Positions 1-11,118 of a stretch of DNA of 59,047 bases are shown here, piece after piece. Positions within the stretch are counted from its first letter, which is position 1. Every line of letters begins with the position of its first letter. A program made the translations under genes and the position numbers. Below the pieces are notes generated by a model. It did no database searches. It worked only from the letters and a program-made list of their open reading frames with translations, and was not told the origin of the DNA. The stretch comes from an uncultured Candidatus Poseidoniales archaeon (GTDB lineage: Archaea > Thermoplasmatota > Poseidoniia > Poseidoniales > Poseidoniaceae): positions 1-59,047 of the forward strand of contig CABYOM010000004.1 of the NCBI GenBank assembly GCA_902520595.1. Reading direction: 5' to 3'.

Positions 1-2073
1 CGAACAACAGACATCAATCCAAATGGAACTTTATTGGCGAGTGGATACGAGGGTGTTGTAGCGATACATGATGCTATTTCTCTTGAACTGATCTCGTATT
101 TTGAAATAGGAAGTGATGTTTTAGATGTTGAATTTTCACCTGATGGCTCAAATCTTGCTTTCACGCGTTCGGGGACATCTGCCGATACGGACACCACTCA
201 AATCATCCATGTCGAATCCATGACGCTGATGGACAAAGAACATGGTTCGAGTTCACAGCCATTGGTGGTCAAATGGTCTGTTGACGGGAACCATTTAGCA
301 GTCCCGAACAGTAACAAAGGAGTGGATATCGTACGTTTTTCTGATATGCAAATTGGTATGACTCTGAATGGTGAACACAACATGCGCGTGACGTGTATCT
401 CCTATTCAACCCTAGGAGAATACATGCTTACTGGGGATGAGTCAGGACGTGTGGTAATGTGGGATTCTGATGGAAATCCAACCGGCAAAGTTTGGGCTTT
501 GGATTCTAAAATTGAGGAATGTAGTTTCGACTCAACAGATAGCCGGTTTGCAGTTCTGACAACCGAAGGAGAACTGAGCACATGGACGTTTGCAGGTGGT
601 AATATCGGAAACACATCTCTCGAGAAAGGTTCGGCCATGAAATGGTCATCCGATAACACACTCTTGCATGTTTTAGTTGCTGGAAGCGAGCCACGGCTCA
701 TGACGGTTGATTCTACGACACTTGAACGTTCAGGGACTGTATACCTAGCACACCAAGCACTCGATTTTTCCTTGAAAGAAAATGAATTTGGAACCAGAGA
801 AGTAGTGTATGTTGCAACAAACACTGGCCACATATCTGTATACGGTGCAATGGCCGTCCCAAGTGGTTACGGAGAAAGCGGTTCAGACCTTGACGGAGAT
901 AAAGTTCCTGATATGTATGACAATGATGATGACGGTGATTCAATATCCGACGAGATTGACAGGAACTGTGAATCTGTAAACCAATTATGCAGTAAGACAC
1001 CTGACATTTCAAAAATCCGAAGCATTAACATCATGGTTAATTCGTCATCATTCACTGTTCGAGATACCTTTACTCTCGATTCTGAAACTTCCTCCATCAT
1101 GAGAAACCTTTCTCGAAAATCACTCATTGCAGATGCACAACTCAGTCAATCGGAAGAACAACTCTTTGCACAATCTATCTGTCAAAACATGAACAAAAAC
1201 CATTTTATTGATTCATGGAAGAATGTGATTCAACTCTCTACAGGCCAGCTACTTGACGGGCATGTATCGTGTGAGGTCGAACAAGGAATGACACTCACTG
1301 CTCAGATTGATTATACTACTCAAGTTTCAGTAACCTTTGTGCTGGTGTTCAATCTGAGTGAGCAATTAACACACCCATTTGATTTCACACTGCAATCACA
1401 ACCAACTGCAACAGATTCATCACTCGCTCAGCATGCAGAAATGCACCCGATTGATGTGACTGCCCAGAGTATCGATTCATCCACCGTCTACTGGTCGCCA
1501 TGGTGGATCATCGAAGGTGAACTTCCAATATCTCTTGAAGAAGAACTTGAAGAAGAGCCGAGTTTCTTCGGTAAAGTTCTTGCCGTTTTTATTGATTATC
1601 CGGTACTGTTTTTGCCCGTAATGGCATTGTTTGTTGCAGCTTTACTCGGCCTCATTCGAAACAAAAATGCAATAGATCTTGACTTCGATGAGGATGAAGA
1701 AGATTCCATTAAAGGTGAAGAAGCGACGGAGGATTCCAATACAGATATTGACAATACCGATGATGAAGTAGATTCAATTGAAGGTCGAGAAGATGACCAG
1801 ACTGAATCAACTCGTAGGAAGGTAGTTCGGAAACCAAATCCTGAAATTGAATCCCCAGTTATTGCCCGACGTACTGCAAGAAGGAATCCATATGATGATG
1901 ATGGCCCAATAACGAAAGTAAAGCGTCGACGTCTTGACAGCGGCATATCACCCCAAACCTCAGATGTTCAAAACAGGAAGACGGGTAAGAGAAAAGTTGT
2001 CTCAGCAAAGAAGAAAACTGCTGAAGTAAAGACCCGTCGTGTCGTAACTTACTCTGACAAAGATGAACAATAG
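1..2073 (+). CDS. WD40/beta-propeller membrane-anchored protein (5' partial)
   Basis: Frame open from base 1 (RTTDINPNGTLLASG). WD-like repeats (VEFSPDGSNLA, VTCISYS..GEYMLTGDESGRVVMWD), an Asp-rich Ca-binding-like DLDGDKVPDMYDNDDDGD stretch, one TM helix, then an acidic and a basic tail. Confidence 0.75.
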   Translation, partial: RTTDINPNGTLLASGYEGVVAIHDAISLELISYFEIGSDVLDVEFSPDGSNLAFTRSGTSADTDTTQIIHVESMTLMDKEHGSSSQPLVVKWSVDGNHLAVPNSNKGVDIVRFSDMQIGMTLNGEHNMRVTCISYSTLGEYMLTGDESGRVVMWDSDGNPTGKVWALDSKIEECSFDSTDSRFAVLTTEGELSTWTFAGGNIGNTSLEKGSAMKWSSDNTLLHVLVAGSEPRLMTVDSTTLERSGTVYLAHQALDFSLKENEFGTREVVYVATNTGHISVYGAMAVPSGYGESGSDLDGDKVPDMYDNDDDGDSISDEIDRNCESVNQLCSKTPDISKIRSINIMVNSSSFTVRDTFTLDSETSSIMRNLSRKSLIADAQLSQSEEQLFAQSICQNMNKNHFIDSWKNVIQLSTGQLLDGHVSCEVEQGMTLTAQIDYTTQVSVTFVLVFNLSEQLTHPFDFTLQSQPTATDSSLAQHAEMHPIDVTAQSIDSSTVYWSPWWIIEGELPISLEEELEEEPSFFGKVLAVFIDYPVLFLPVMALFVAALLGLIRNKNAIDLDFDEDEEDSIKGEEATEDSNTDIDNTDDEVDSIEGREDDQTESTRRKVVRKPNPEIESPVIARRTARRNPYDDDGPITKVKRRRLDSGISPQTSDVQNRKTGKRKVVSAKKKTAEVKTRRVVTYSDKDEQ

Positions 2074-2086
2074 AAGAAACGACGCA

Positions 2087-2884
2087 TCACCAAGCGAACT
2101 CTGCCCCATTTGGAAGACTACATGCTTCAACGAGAAACTGGTTTAGACCGTCAAGATGTTCTTGGTCAATTCGATTAAACACTTCACCAAAATATCGGTC
2201 AAGGCGTTCATAATCCAAATCCGAACGCGATTGAGCCCAGTGAATTACCGCTTTCCTACGTTCTTGGCTTTGTTCAAAGAGTCGTAGGTTATGGGTCAGC
2301 ATTCCCTGAGCGATTTTTAGTGAATCTACAGGTGTATCCCTGCGTGCGGCAAATACTCCAAACACCATCGGTTTTTGTGTAAAATGCAGCCAATCCATTC
2401 CCAAATCAAGTTGCACTGACTTCGGATTATCCTTAGCTCCTTCGAGGGCTCGGTCACCGATAAGTAACGCACCGTCGCATTTTTCAAGCATACTTTCAAG
2501 ATCTGGCCCCATAAGTAAAAGCTCAGGGCTAAGATTACGCTTTTCCAGTAAATACTTCAAAAGTTGAACAGATGTTGCGGAATCGGTTGGAAGTGCAATC
2601 GTTTTCATTTCTTGAAGAGGCATGTCACCAAAGACCAGCACACTCCCGACTTCTCCTCGGCTACTAATGCCAATTTCCGGTAAGAGTACCAATTCGTCAG
2701 CGTGTCGAGCATAGTCTGCAGCAGGAATCGGTGCAAGTATGCAGTCTCGACGCAATAAATGCCCCGTTAGCCATGCGGGAGGAGCGGGTAAAACATCCCA
2801 TTGCTCTTCAATTCCGTAAAAGAGAGGGTCGCAGTTCAGGAATGCCACTCTACCAATCGTTTTCATCCAACGTGGACCATCCAT
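2087..2884 (-). CDS. mqnA: chorismate dehydratase (futalosine menaquinone pathway)
   Basis: IGRVAFLNCDPL, GEVGSVL, SATSVQL, LLIGDRAL, DLGMDW..FT..PMVFGVFA motifs; co-oriented with mqnE. Confidence 0.85.
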   Translation of the reverse strand: MDGPRWMKTIGRVAFLNCDPLFYGIEEQWDVLPAPPAWLTGHLLRRDCILAPIPAADYARHADELVLLPEIGISSRGEVGSVLVFGDMPLQEMKTIALPTDSATSVQLLKYLLEKRNLSPELLLMGPDLESMLEKCDGALLIGDRALEGAKDNPKSVQLDLGMDWLHFTQKPMVFGVFAARRDTPVDSLKIAQGMLTHNLRLFEQSQERRKAVIHWAQSRSDLDYERLDRYFGEVFNRIDQEHLDGLNQFLVEACSLPNGAEFAW

Positions 2885-2893
2885 ACCATCAAC

Positions 2894-4108
2894 TCAGAGA
2901 TTTGCCATTTTCAATTTCTTCCGACGTTTCGGTTCAGGAGGTACAAAAATTTCAAATTTCTCATAGGTGGTGTTACGCTGAACTGGTATACAACCTGCAT
3001 CTTTGATGAGACGGGCGAGACGAATCCGGTCATGATCAAGTGGTGTAGTTGAGCCAGCTAAATGCATAATCGATTCCTTTTGCACTGTTCCGTCAATGTC
3101 ATCTGCACCGTATTGAAGAGCAAGTTCCGCCAACTCATCCCCTATATTCATTCGATACGCTTTGATATGTGGTATTGAGTCAAGCATGAGACGAGAAATA
3201 GCAATCGTTCGTAGTATTTCACTTCCAGTAGCGAGTTGAGCTTCGGGTAGACGGGTGTCATCCGGCAAGAATGGATAGGGAACAAAGCATTGGAAACCGT
3301 TGGTATCATCATTGAGTTCTCTTAACTGAATCATGTGCATGAGGCGTTGCTCAATGGTTTCAATTGTTCCAAAAAGCATCGTGCAATTCGTTGGAATTCC
3401 CAATTCGTGTGCAGACCTATGGATTTCAAGATATTCAGATGAACTTTCCTTGCCGTTACAAATTACTGCGCGAACATCATCATCTAAGATTTCGGCACCA
3501 CCGCCAGGTAGAGAGCCTAAGCCTGCTGATTTCAATCTTGATAATGTCTCTTTATATGACAAGTTAGAGAGTTGGGAAAGGTGCTTGATTTCTACAGCAG
3601 TTAGAGCCTTGATCGATACATGAGGGAACCTCTTTTTTGATTCACTGAAAATTGCTTCATAATGCTCCACACCCCAATCAGGATGAAGGCCACCAACCGA
3701 GTGCACTTCATCTACAAAATCTGCATACTGGGATAAATCATCGATATACGCTTCTACATCAAGTGCATAGGCGTCCTTCGAGCGCTTCGAGCGTCGAAAG
3801 GCACAAAATTTGCATGCTAGAACACAAACGTTCGTTTGGTTAACATGGACGTTTGAATTAAAAAATGCGTACTTGCCAAATCTTGAAACACGTACGCAAT
3901 TTGAAAGTCTACCAATCTCGGGCAGATTTGGATGAGAGTAGAGCAGTAAACCGTCTTCAAGCGAAAGACGTTCACCATTGGAAATCTTTTGAGCCAGTGG
4001 CCGAATCGGAGTACTCCACGATGAAAGGTCGCCAACTTCAGAAGAAAGAATCTCTCTCCAATTCACATTGCTACCAGCATCTTGGGTGGACGATTCCCAC
4101 GCTGACAT
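2894..4108 (-). CDS. mqnE: radical SAM aminofutalosine synthase (CofH/MqnE family)
   Basis: CxxxCxxC (CVLACKFC). GGLHP, IKALTAVEI, PGGGAEIL, HIKAY and GADDIDGTV..E.I.H.AG fit MqnE better than MqnC. Confidence 0.8.
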   Translation of the reverse strand: MSAWESSTQDAGSNVNWREILSSEVGDLSSWSTPIRPLAQKISNGERLSLEDGLLLYSHPNLPEIGRLSNCVRVSRFGKYAFFNSNVHVNQTNVCVLACKFCAFRRSKRSKDAYALDVEAYIDDLSQYADFVDEVHSVGGLHPDWGVEHYEAIFSESKKRFPHVSIKALTAVEIKHLSQLSNLSYKETLSRLKSAGLGSLPGGGAEILDDDVRAVICNGKESSSEYLEIHRSAHELGIPTNCTMLFGTIETIEQRLMHMIQLRELNDDTNGFQCFVPYPFLPDDTRLPEAQLATGSEILRTIAISRLMLDSIPHIKAYRMNIGDELAELALQYGADDIDGTVQKESIMHLAGSTTPLDHDRIRLARLIKDAGCIPVQRNTTYEKFEIFVPPEPKRRKKLKMANL

Positions 4109-4165
4109 ATCTTAACCTGTAGGACTTCATTCTTCAAGATGTGGTTGGCACCATGTGGATGAAAA

Positions 4166-7057
4166 TCAATTCTTGATGGCAAAAATGCGAGACTTTATGA
4201 TGAATTTTCTAAACTCTTCGATAACAAAAACAGCGGAAGCAACCAACGTTACAATTATCCAGTCGGACCTTTGCAAACTCATTGTCGAAAGCAAATCGCC
4301 AATTTGGATGCCGACCAAAGGTATCGGTAAGGTTGAAAATTGAACGAAGAAGAGGAGGAGGGCAAAGGAAATCATTATTGCTAAATTTATTGCCCTGTTT
4401 GAGAATATACCGAGTTTAAATACACTTTCATCGCTCGAACGACAATTAATCACGTTAAACAATTGATACACAATGAACACTGTAAATGTCATTGTCTGAG
4501 CATAAGCAAACTTGTCATCAGCATACGCTTGTGCACCCGTATAATCTCCTGATTCGCACAGAGCCAAATCATAGCCGGTGAATGTGGCCTTGTCGGTCAA
4601 TGGAGCCACTTCACACGCTGTAGGATCAATTCCTCCTCCAGCGAGGTAAAAGACCAGCAAAGTTCCAGTGACCATTACCGCCCCAAGCCAAAATATCAGT
4701 GCCATGTCTCTGAAAGTAGGGAGACCTTCGTCGACAGGCCGGGGTGGACGGGCCATGACGTTACCGTGCTTCTTTTCCACACCCAAGGCGACTGCTGGAG
4801 GCCCATCCATCAAGATGTTAATAACCAGTATCTGAGTAGCTGTCAAGGGAAGATTCCAATTGAAGATAAAGGTGGAAATTATGATGAGTGCGACAGCAGC
4901 TACATTGGTGGAAACCTGATATCGAACAAAATTTCGAATATTTTGATAGATCTTGCGACCTTCTTCAACAGCGTGTACGATGTTCGCAAAGTTATCATCT
5001 TGTAATACCATATCTGCAGCATCCTTTGCTACATCTGTTCCAGCAATACCCATCGCTATACCAATGTTCGCACGCGAGAGGGCTGGTGCATCGTTAACAC
5101 CGTCTCCAGTCATTGCAACAATCTCTCCGCGCTCTTGCAGTCCTGAAACAATCCGCATCTTTTGTTCAGGGGTAACTCTGGAAAAGATGCTGGCCTGGGC
5201 TGCAGCCTCGGAAATAGCATATTCATCCATTTCAGCGAGTGTGCTTCCATTAACCGGAGGGATACCACCGTCAGTGATATTCAGCTCACGACCAATAGCT
5301 TCAGCCGTATATTGCTGGTCGCCGGTAATCATCTTGACATGAATTCCGGCTTTTTGGCAGATTGCAATTGCATCTTTAACTTCTGCACGCGGAGGGTCCA
5401 TGATTCCGACAAGTCCAAGGAAAATAAATCCTGATTCAACGGAAGTAACGTCTTCGATGTCTTCACCTTCATCAAGACGGCGAGCACAAAGTGCAAGAAC
5501 ACGCATGGCTTGACTGGCCATTTCTTTGTTCGCTGCCGCACCCTTTTCGATGTCTTCTGGCTGGATGGGTACAATTTCTCCGTCAAGAATTTTCCAATCA
5601 GTTATGGACAAGTATCCACCAGCCCCTCCCTTCGAGAAGACCCAACGTTCGCCTTCATATTCGTGAATTACTGTCATTCTTTTTCTTGTAGTGTCGAAGA
5701 AGAATTCATGTATTCGGGAATGACGTTGAGCAAATTTACGTACATCTCCGTTTATCTTCCATCCCAGTATGGCACATGCAGAATCTGTTGGATCGCCGAT
5801 AGCTTGCCACCGTGAGTCAACTTTCGAAATCTGAGAATTATGGCACAAACTCAAGCAAGCTGCAGACAGTCGAAACGCGAGGTCGCTCTGCAGTTGTTCC
5901 ATTTTGAGATCTGAGACTTCAACACCCTCAAATGAAAGTTTTCCCTTGGGATTGAATCCCTCACCCGACACAGTAAAGGTTCCATCGGTTGTCGTCAACT
6001 GACGAACAGTCATTTGATTTTTCGTCAGTGTACCTGTTTTGTCGGAACAGATAACTGTAGTCGAACCAAGTGTTTCTACTGCTTTCATACGTCGGATAAT
6101 GGCTTTGTGACGCGCCATGTTACGCATACCAAGAGCAAGTGTAATCACCAGAATGATAGGTAAACCCTCAGGTACAATAGCGACAAAGATAGCGATAGCG
6201 ACAATGAATTGTTCGACTGCAACATCACGAAGTTCAACGGAAGTGACTGCCGGATCTGCATACGCAATCAGCACTTTAATCGATACCATAAGTGCCGCAA
6301 CAATCAAAGCAATGAATCCTAAGAATCGACCAAGCGATTCAAGTTTAAGTTCAAGTGGGGTTTTAGGCGTCTCTGTATCAACGATGTTGCTGGCAATGCG
6401 GCCAAGTTCAGTATTCATTCCAGTTTCTACAACAACACCAATGGCACGTCCGGTTGAAACACATGTGCCCATGTATGCCATATTATTTCTGTCTGCGAGA
6501 AGAGTGGTTGATGGGAGTGGTTCGGTCGATTTGAGAATACTATCTGATTCACCCGTGAGAGATGATTCATCAATTTTGCATTGATACGACTCGATAATTC
6601 GAATGTCGGCAGGGACATTTTGTCCTTCGTCTAACTTAACAACATCGCCTGGAACTAAATCAGGAGTAGAAATCGTCCAATCAACACCGTCTCGAACAAC
6701 AACACATGTCGATACCGACATTTGTTTTAGCGCATCCATTGCCTGTTCAGCTTGCCCTTCTTGCCAAAATCCAAAGATCGCATTTGCAGTAAGTGCAATA
6801 AAAATGAATATGGCATCTCCAGGTTGGTCAGGGTGAATAAGCAAAGCGACGATTGCAGCGCTGATAAGTAAGTAATTCAATGGGTCATTGTATTGCGATA
6901 AGAAACGAATTATTGCGGATGTTGTTTCAGGTTCTTTGAGCTTATTCTTGCCGTATAATTCACGCCTTTTCGAAACTTCATCTTCACCGAGCCCTTCTAA
7001 TTGAGTATCGAGTTTTTGGATGATTTTCTCAGAATCCAAATCATGCCACGAATTCAT
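4166..7057 (-). CDS. P-type cation-transporting ATPase, type IIA (probably Ca2+)
   Basis: TGES, PEGL, DKTGT phosphorylation site, MITGD, GDGVNDAP, QILVINILMDGPPA TM motif. Confidence 0.9.
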   Translation of the reverse strand: MNSWHDLDSEKIIQKLDTQLEGLGEDEVSKRRELYGKNKLKEPETTSAIIRFLSQYNDPLNYLLISAAIVALLIHPDQPGDAIFIFIALTANAIFGFWQEGQAEQAMDALKQMSVSTCVVVRDGVDWTISTPDLVPGDVVKLDEGQNVPADIRIIESYQCKIDESSLTGESDSILKSTEPLPSTTLLADRNNMAYMGTCVSTGRAIGVVVETGMNTELGRIASNIVDTETPKTPLELKLESLGRFLGFIALIVAALMVSIKVLIAYADPAVTSVELRDVAVEQFIVAIAIFVAIVPEGLPIILVITLALGMRNMARHKAIIRRMKAVETLGSTTVICSDKTGTLTKNQMTVRQLTTTDGTFTVSGEGFNPKGKLSFEGVEVSDLKMEQLQSDLAFRLSAACLSLCHNSQISKVDSRWQAIGDPTDSACAILGWKINGDVRKFAQRHSRIHEFFFDTTRKRMTVIHEYEGERWVFSKGGAGGYLSITDWKILDGEIVPIQPEDIEKGAAANKEMASQAMRVLALCARRLDEGEDIEDVTSVESGFIFLGLVGIMDPPRAEVKDAIAICQKAGIHVKMITGDQQYTAEAIGRELNITDGGIPPVNGSTLAEMDEYAISEAAAQASIFSRVTPEQKMRIVSGLQERGEIVAMTGDGVNDAPALSRANIGIAMGIAGTDVAKDAADMVLQDDNFANIVHAVEEGRKIYQNIRNFVRYQVSTNVAAVALIIISTFIFNWNLPLTATQILVINILMDGPPAVALGVEKKHGNVMARPPRPVDEGLPTFRDMALIFWLGAVMVTGTLLVFYLAGGGIDPTACEVAPLTDKATFTGYDLALCESGDYTGAQAYADDKFAYAQTMTFTVFIVYQLFNVINCRSSDESVFKLGIFSNRAINLAIMISFALLLFFVQFSTLPIPLVGIQIGDLLSTMSLQRSDWIIVTLVASAVFVIEEFRKFIIKSRIFAIKN

Positions 7058-7180
7058 AGAAGTCCCCCAACTTGCTTACGCAAGCATTCATCGGTAACGT
7101 GAACAACTTATGAGAATGATGGTGGGGGTCCCTTTGCGCGAAAGCGATGTATTCAACAACTGCTTTGCTTTGGAGATGCT

Positions 7181-9229
7181 ATGAGCGCAACGGGTGAGCC
7201 CTATATCCCTGCGTCTGAATCTCCGAAGGAACTTACACGCAGAGTGGTCATTGTAGGAATTCTTCTCGGCATACTGATGACTGCTGCAAATGCATATTTG
7301 GGTCTCAAGGTTGGAATTACAGTCTCCGCGAGTATTCCTGCGGCGGTAATGTCCATGATCATTTTGAGAACATTATTCAACGATGTTTCAATTCTAGAAA
7401 ATAACTCTGTCCAAACAATGGCAAGTGCTGGAGAGTCTCTTGCAGCAGGAATTATTTTTACAGTACCGGCATTACTCGTTATCGGTATTTGGGATGACAT
7501 ACAGTGGCTGGACACACTCATAATTGCACTGCTTGGAGGATTATTGGGTACAATGTTTACCATTGCACTAAGACGTTTATTCATCGTCGAAGAAGCTCTG
7601 CCTTATCCTGAGGGAGTTGCATGTCGAGAGGTTCTTGTTGCAGGTGAAGAAGGTGGTGAAGGCGCTTTGGCAATACTTTACGCACTCGGAATTGGTGCGA
7701 TCTACGGCCTTATGGTGAAAGGTTTCAAAGTGACTCATGAAAAAGTAGAAGTTGCTTGGGATTTTATCGGAACTCGTTTGTATGGAGGAATCGACCTTTC
7801 TGTAGCATTACTTTCTGTGGGATATATCGTTGGTGTTCGAATTGCATCGTTCATTTTTCTGGGAGGTGTCATCGGGTATGGAATATTGGTGCCCATGTAT
7901 GGACTTATTCGTGGTTGGCCTGAAACTCCAGATTTAGCATATGGATTTTACCTTATTTGGAAGTCACAAGTACGATACGTTGGTGTTGGAGCCATGGTTG
8001 TAGGAGGTGTCTACACCCTTTGGTCAATGCGAAAAACAATCATTACTGGCCTTTCTAAGGCGTTCATAAAATCTGACGGAACGGAAGAAGAACTTCTTCG
8101 AACAGAGATTGACCTACCTCTCGATAAAGTATTGCTTGTTTGCGGAATATTGGTGGGTTTGACTTTTCTCTATTATTGGTGGGCTACTGGATCGCTCATA
8201 CTCGCTTTATCCGGAGCACTTTTCTTAGGCATCGTCGCCTTCTTCTTTGCTGCAGTTGCTGGATACATTGCTGGAGTCGTAGGTTCATCGAATTCTCCAG
8301 TGTCAGGAATGACTATTGCAACTCTTTTGTTTACTGTAGCATTGGTATGGGTCATAGGCGATTTCTTCCTTGGACTCGCAACAGAAGAACTGATGCTTGC
8401 AACAATGCTCATTGCTTCAATTGTTGCAACTTCTGCAGCCATTGCAGGAGATGTCATGCAGGACTTGAAAACAGGACACATGGTTGGTGCAACTCCTTGG
8501 CGGCAACAAATTGCAGAAATTATTGGTGTCACCACTGGAGCAGTTGTCATCGGGCCTACTCTACAATTGTTGCACAAAGCATTCCGTATCACACCCACTG
8601 CTTGTGAAATGAATCCAAGGTTAGATGACCCATTGTGTGAAAATGCATTATTTGCTCCTCAGGCAGAACTCATCGGTGCAATCGTTCAAGGAGCATTTGG
8701 CGGAGATATCAACATAGAAATGGTCTTATTGGGCGCTTTACTTGCCGTCGTTCTCATCGTTTTACGAATGCCGATTATGAGTATCGCAATCGGTATTTAT
8801 CTACCACTTCTACTATCGGTTCCAATTATGCTTGGTGGTATCATCTCCTATTTCGCAATCAACGCTGCTTATCTGAGAATCGATAAAAGACTCGATAGAG
8901 AACCATCTCCTGAGGCCATAATGGCGGGCAGAGATGTCGAAAATAGAGGCGTGCTTATTGGTGCTGGTTTTATTGCTGGTGAATCGATTATGGGTGTTCT
9001 GGTCGCCGTTTTGGTGGTGGTCGGAATAAATCTACAGGCTGATTTCGGAATCACTACGCTTAACGATATCTTTTCTGTTATCTTCTTTGGCTGGTTTGTA
9101 GCAGTATTTGTTTGGCTTGCGACACGAGCCTTGCCAAAGGGTGGAAACCTGTTTACTGAGGCATTCATGATTGTTCAGAACATCGTAAAGAAATTCATCA
9201 ATGCGTTCAAACTCAATATCAACAAGTGA
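7181..9229 (+). CDS. OPT family oligopeptide transporter
   Basis: NAYLGLKVGITVSASIPAA, ENNSVQT, LPYPEG, NSPVSG, QDLKTG, APQA motifs; many TM helices. Confidence 0.9.
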   Translation: MSATGEPYIPASESPKELTRRVVIVGILLGILMTAANAYLGLKVGITVSASIPAAVMSMIILRTLFNDVSILENNSVQTMASAGESLAAGIIFTVPALLVIGIWDDIQWLDTLIIALLGGLLGTMFTIALRRLFIVEEALPYPEGVACREVLVAGEEGGEGALAILYALGIGAIYGLMVKGFKVTHEKVEVAWDFIGTRLYGGIDLSVALLSVGYIVGVRIASFIFLGGVIGYGILVPMYGLIRGWPETPDLAYGFYLIWKSQVRYVGVGAMVVGGVYTLWSMRKTIITGLSKAFIKSDGTEEELLRTEIDLPLDKVLLVCGILVGLTFLYYWWATGSLILALSGALFLGIVAFFFAAVAGYIAGVVGSSNSPVSGMTIATLLFTVALVWVIGDFFLGLATEELMLATMLIASIVATSAAIAGDVMQDLKTGHMVGATPWRQQIAEIIGVTTGAVVIGPTLQLLHKAFRITPTACEMNPRLDDPLCENALFAPQAELIGAIVQGAFGGDINIEMVLLGALLAVVLIVLRMPIMSIAIGIYLPLLLSVPIMLGGIISYFAINAAYLRIDKRLDREPSPEAIMAGRDVENRGVLIGAGFIAGESIMGVLVAVLVVVGINLQADFGITTLNDIFSVIFFGWFVAVFVWLATRALPKGGNLFTEAFMIVQNIVKKFINAFKLNINK

Positions 9230-9310
9230 AATTACTCTATAATTTCCATTGAGGTTTGGGGAAAACCATCAAAGGTCTCCCGCTAAACCAGTGATTTGCG
9301 AGAGGATTGC

Positions 9311-10144
9311 ATGTCAAAGACAATTACTGAACTTGAAGAAATTGCACGTAAGTGCAGAGTGGAAATTGTCAAAATGGTCCATCGGGCTCAAGCAGGTCAT
9401 CCAGGTGGTTCCCTCTCAGAGATAGACCTCTTAACTGCGCTCTATGCGACCCGAATGCGCGTCAAAGCAGATGAGCCAAATTGGTCAGATCGTGACCGAT
9501 TCATTCTCTCTAAGGGCCATGCATCGCCAGGAATGTATGCCATACTCGCTGAAATGGGATTCATCTCGCATGAAGATCTGAAGTCATACAGAGTACTTGG
9601 CGGTGTATGTCAAGGTCATGTCGATATGAAGTGGTGCCCTGGCGTCGATTTCTCAGCCGGTTCACTTGGAATGGGACTTTCTTTTGGAATGGGTTGTGCT
9701 TCAGCAGCTCGCATCGATAAAAGCGAACGTAGGGCCTTTGTGATGATCGGTGACGGTGAAATGCAAGAAGGCAGTGTTTGGGAGGCTGCAATGGCCGCTG
9801 CTCACCACGAACTTGGTAATTTGAAAGTCATACTTGACAGAAACCGAATACAAAATGATGATTTCTGTAAAGAACAAATGCGAATGTTCGACATCCCGGC
9901 AAAGTGGAAAGCATTTGGCTGGAATGTTAAGGAAATTGACGGGCATAACATGGCTGAAATTATGGAAGGTCTCGACTTCTTAGAAGCGCCTGAAAACTGT
10001 CAGGGACCATCGATTCTCATTGCACACACAATCAAAGGTGGCGGTATTTCTTACATGGAAAACAATCCTTCTTTCCATGGTGCTGCACCCAATGATGAAC
10101 AATTCCACCAAGCAATGGTTGAACTCGGGGAAGTGGAAGCATGA
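9311..10144 (+). CDS. transketolase, N-terminal (ThDP-binding) subunit
   Basis: GHPGGSLS, RDRFILSKGHASP, GSLGMG, GDGEMQEG, DGHN; ATG at 9311. Confidence 0.93.
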   Translation: MSKTITELEEIARKCRVEIVKMVHRAQAGHPGGSLSEIDLLTALYATRMRVKADEPNWSDRDRFILSKGHASPGMYAILAEMGFISHEDLKSYRVLGGVCQGHVDMKWCPGVDFSAGSLGMGLSFGMGCASAARIDKSERRAFVMIGDGEMQEGSVWEAAMAAAHHELGNLKVILDRNRIQNDDFCKEQMRMFDIPAKWKAFGWNVKEIDGHNMAEIMEGLDFLEAPENCQGPSILIAHTIKGGGISYMENNPSFHGAAPNDEQFHQAMVELGEVEA

Positions 10145-11076
10145 CAAGAATGGCTGCTACCCGTGATGGATATGGTCAGGCTTTACTGGATTTGGCCGAT
10201 AATGAAAAAGTAGTCGTCCTTGAAGCGGACCTTGGTAAATCAACCAAATCACTCCATTTCAGAAAGGCATACCCTGATCGCACAATCTCATGCGGAATCG
10301 GTGAGCAAAACATGCTTCTTGTTGGCGCAGGTTTAGCCGCATCTGGATACATTCCATTCGCCAGCACCTTTGCCATATTCACCGAAAGAGCATTTGAGCA
10401 AATGCGTAATGGAGTCGCTCGTCCTAACCTCGCAGTACATCTATGCGGCAGTCACGGCGGAACGCACACCGGCACAGATGGTTCGTCGGCTCAATCTATA
10501 GAAGACTTGGCTGTGTTCCGAACTTTGCCTAATGTGGTCGTCATGCATCCGTGTGATGATGTCAGCACACGTGCGCTGACTATGCAACTTCCTGGTTTAG
10601 GTAAACCGTCCTACATGCGTACAGCCCGTAACAAGACTCCAGTGCTTTATGATGGAAGAGAAGATGAAATTCAAATCGGAAAAGGTGTTGTATTGAGAGA
10701 GGGGTATGACGTAGCAATTATCTCATGCGGTGTTTTAGTTTCCGAATCACTCAAGGCTGCTGAAGCACTTGCTGAAGAAGGTATCAACGCTACTGTTGTC
10801 GATATGCACACACTCAAACCGATCGATGGCGAACTTATTGACAGTTTAGTTGCCCAATGTGGAGCGCTCGTTACAGCAGAAGACCACAACGTCATAGGTG
10901 GTCTTGGAAGTGCTGTGGCAGAATACATCGTTTCCAACTCATTTGCACCGCTCGAAATGGTAGGTGTGCCCGATCGATTTGGTGAATCTGGACAAGCAGA
11001 TGAAATGCTCGAAGTGATGGGGATTTCTGCCCCATACATTGCAAATGCTGCTAAAGAAGCAATTTCACGCAAGTAA
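10141..11076 (+). CDS. transketolase, C-terminal subunit
   Basis: GIGEQNM, GTDGSSAQSIED, DMHTLKPID, EDHNVIGGLGSAVAE; ATGA overlap with the N-terminal subunit gene. Confidence 0.93.
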   Translation: MTRMAATRDGYGQALLDLADNEKVVVLEADLGKSTKSLHFRKAYPDRTISCGIGEQNMLLVGAGLAASGYIPFASTFAIFTERAFEQMRNGVARPNLAVHLCGSHGGTHTGTDGSSAQSIEDLAVFRTLPNVVVMHPCDDVSTRALTMQLPGLGKPSYMRTARNKTPVLYDGREDEIQIGKGVVLREGYDVAIISCGVLVSESLKAAEALAEEGINATVVDMHTLKPIDGELIDSLVAQCGALVTAEDHNVIGGLGSAVAEYIVSNSFAPLEMVGVPDRFGESGQADEMLEVMGISAPYIANAAKEAISRK

Positions 11077-11118
11077 CTCAACTGATACTTCTTTATTCGT
11101 GTTGCCTGTGAGCGAATC

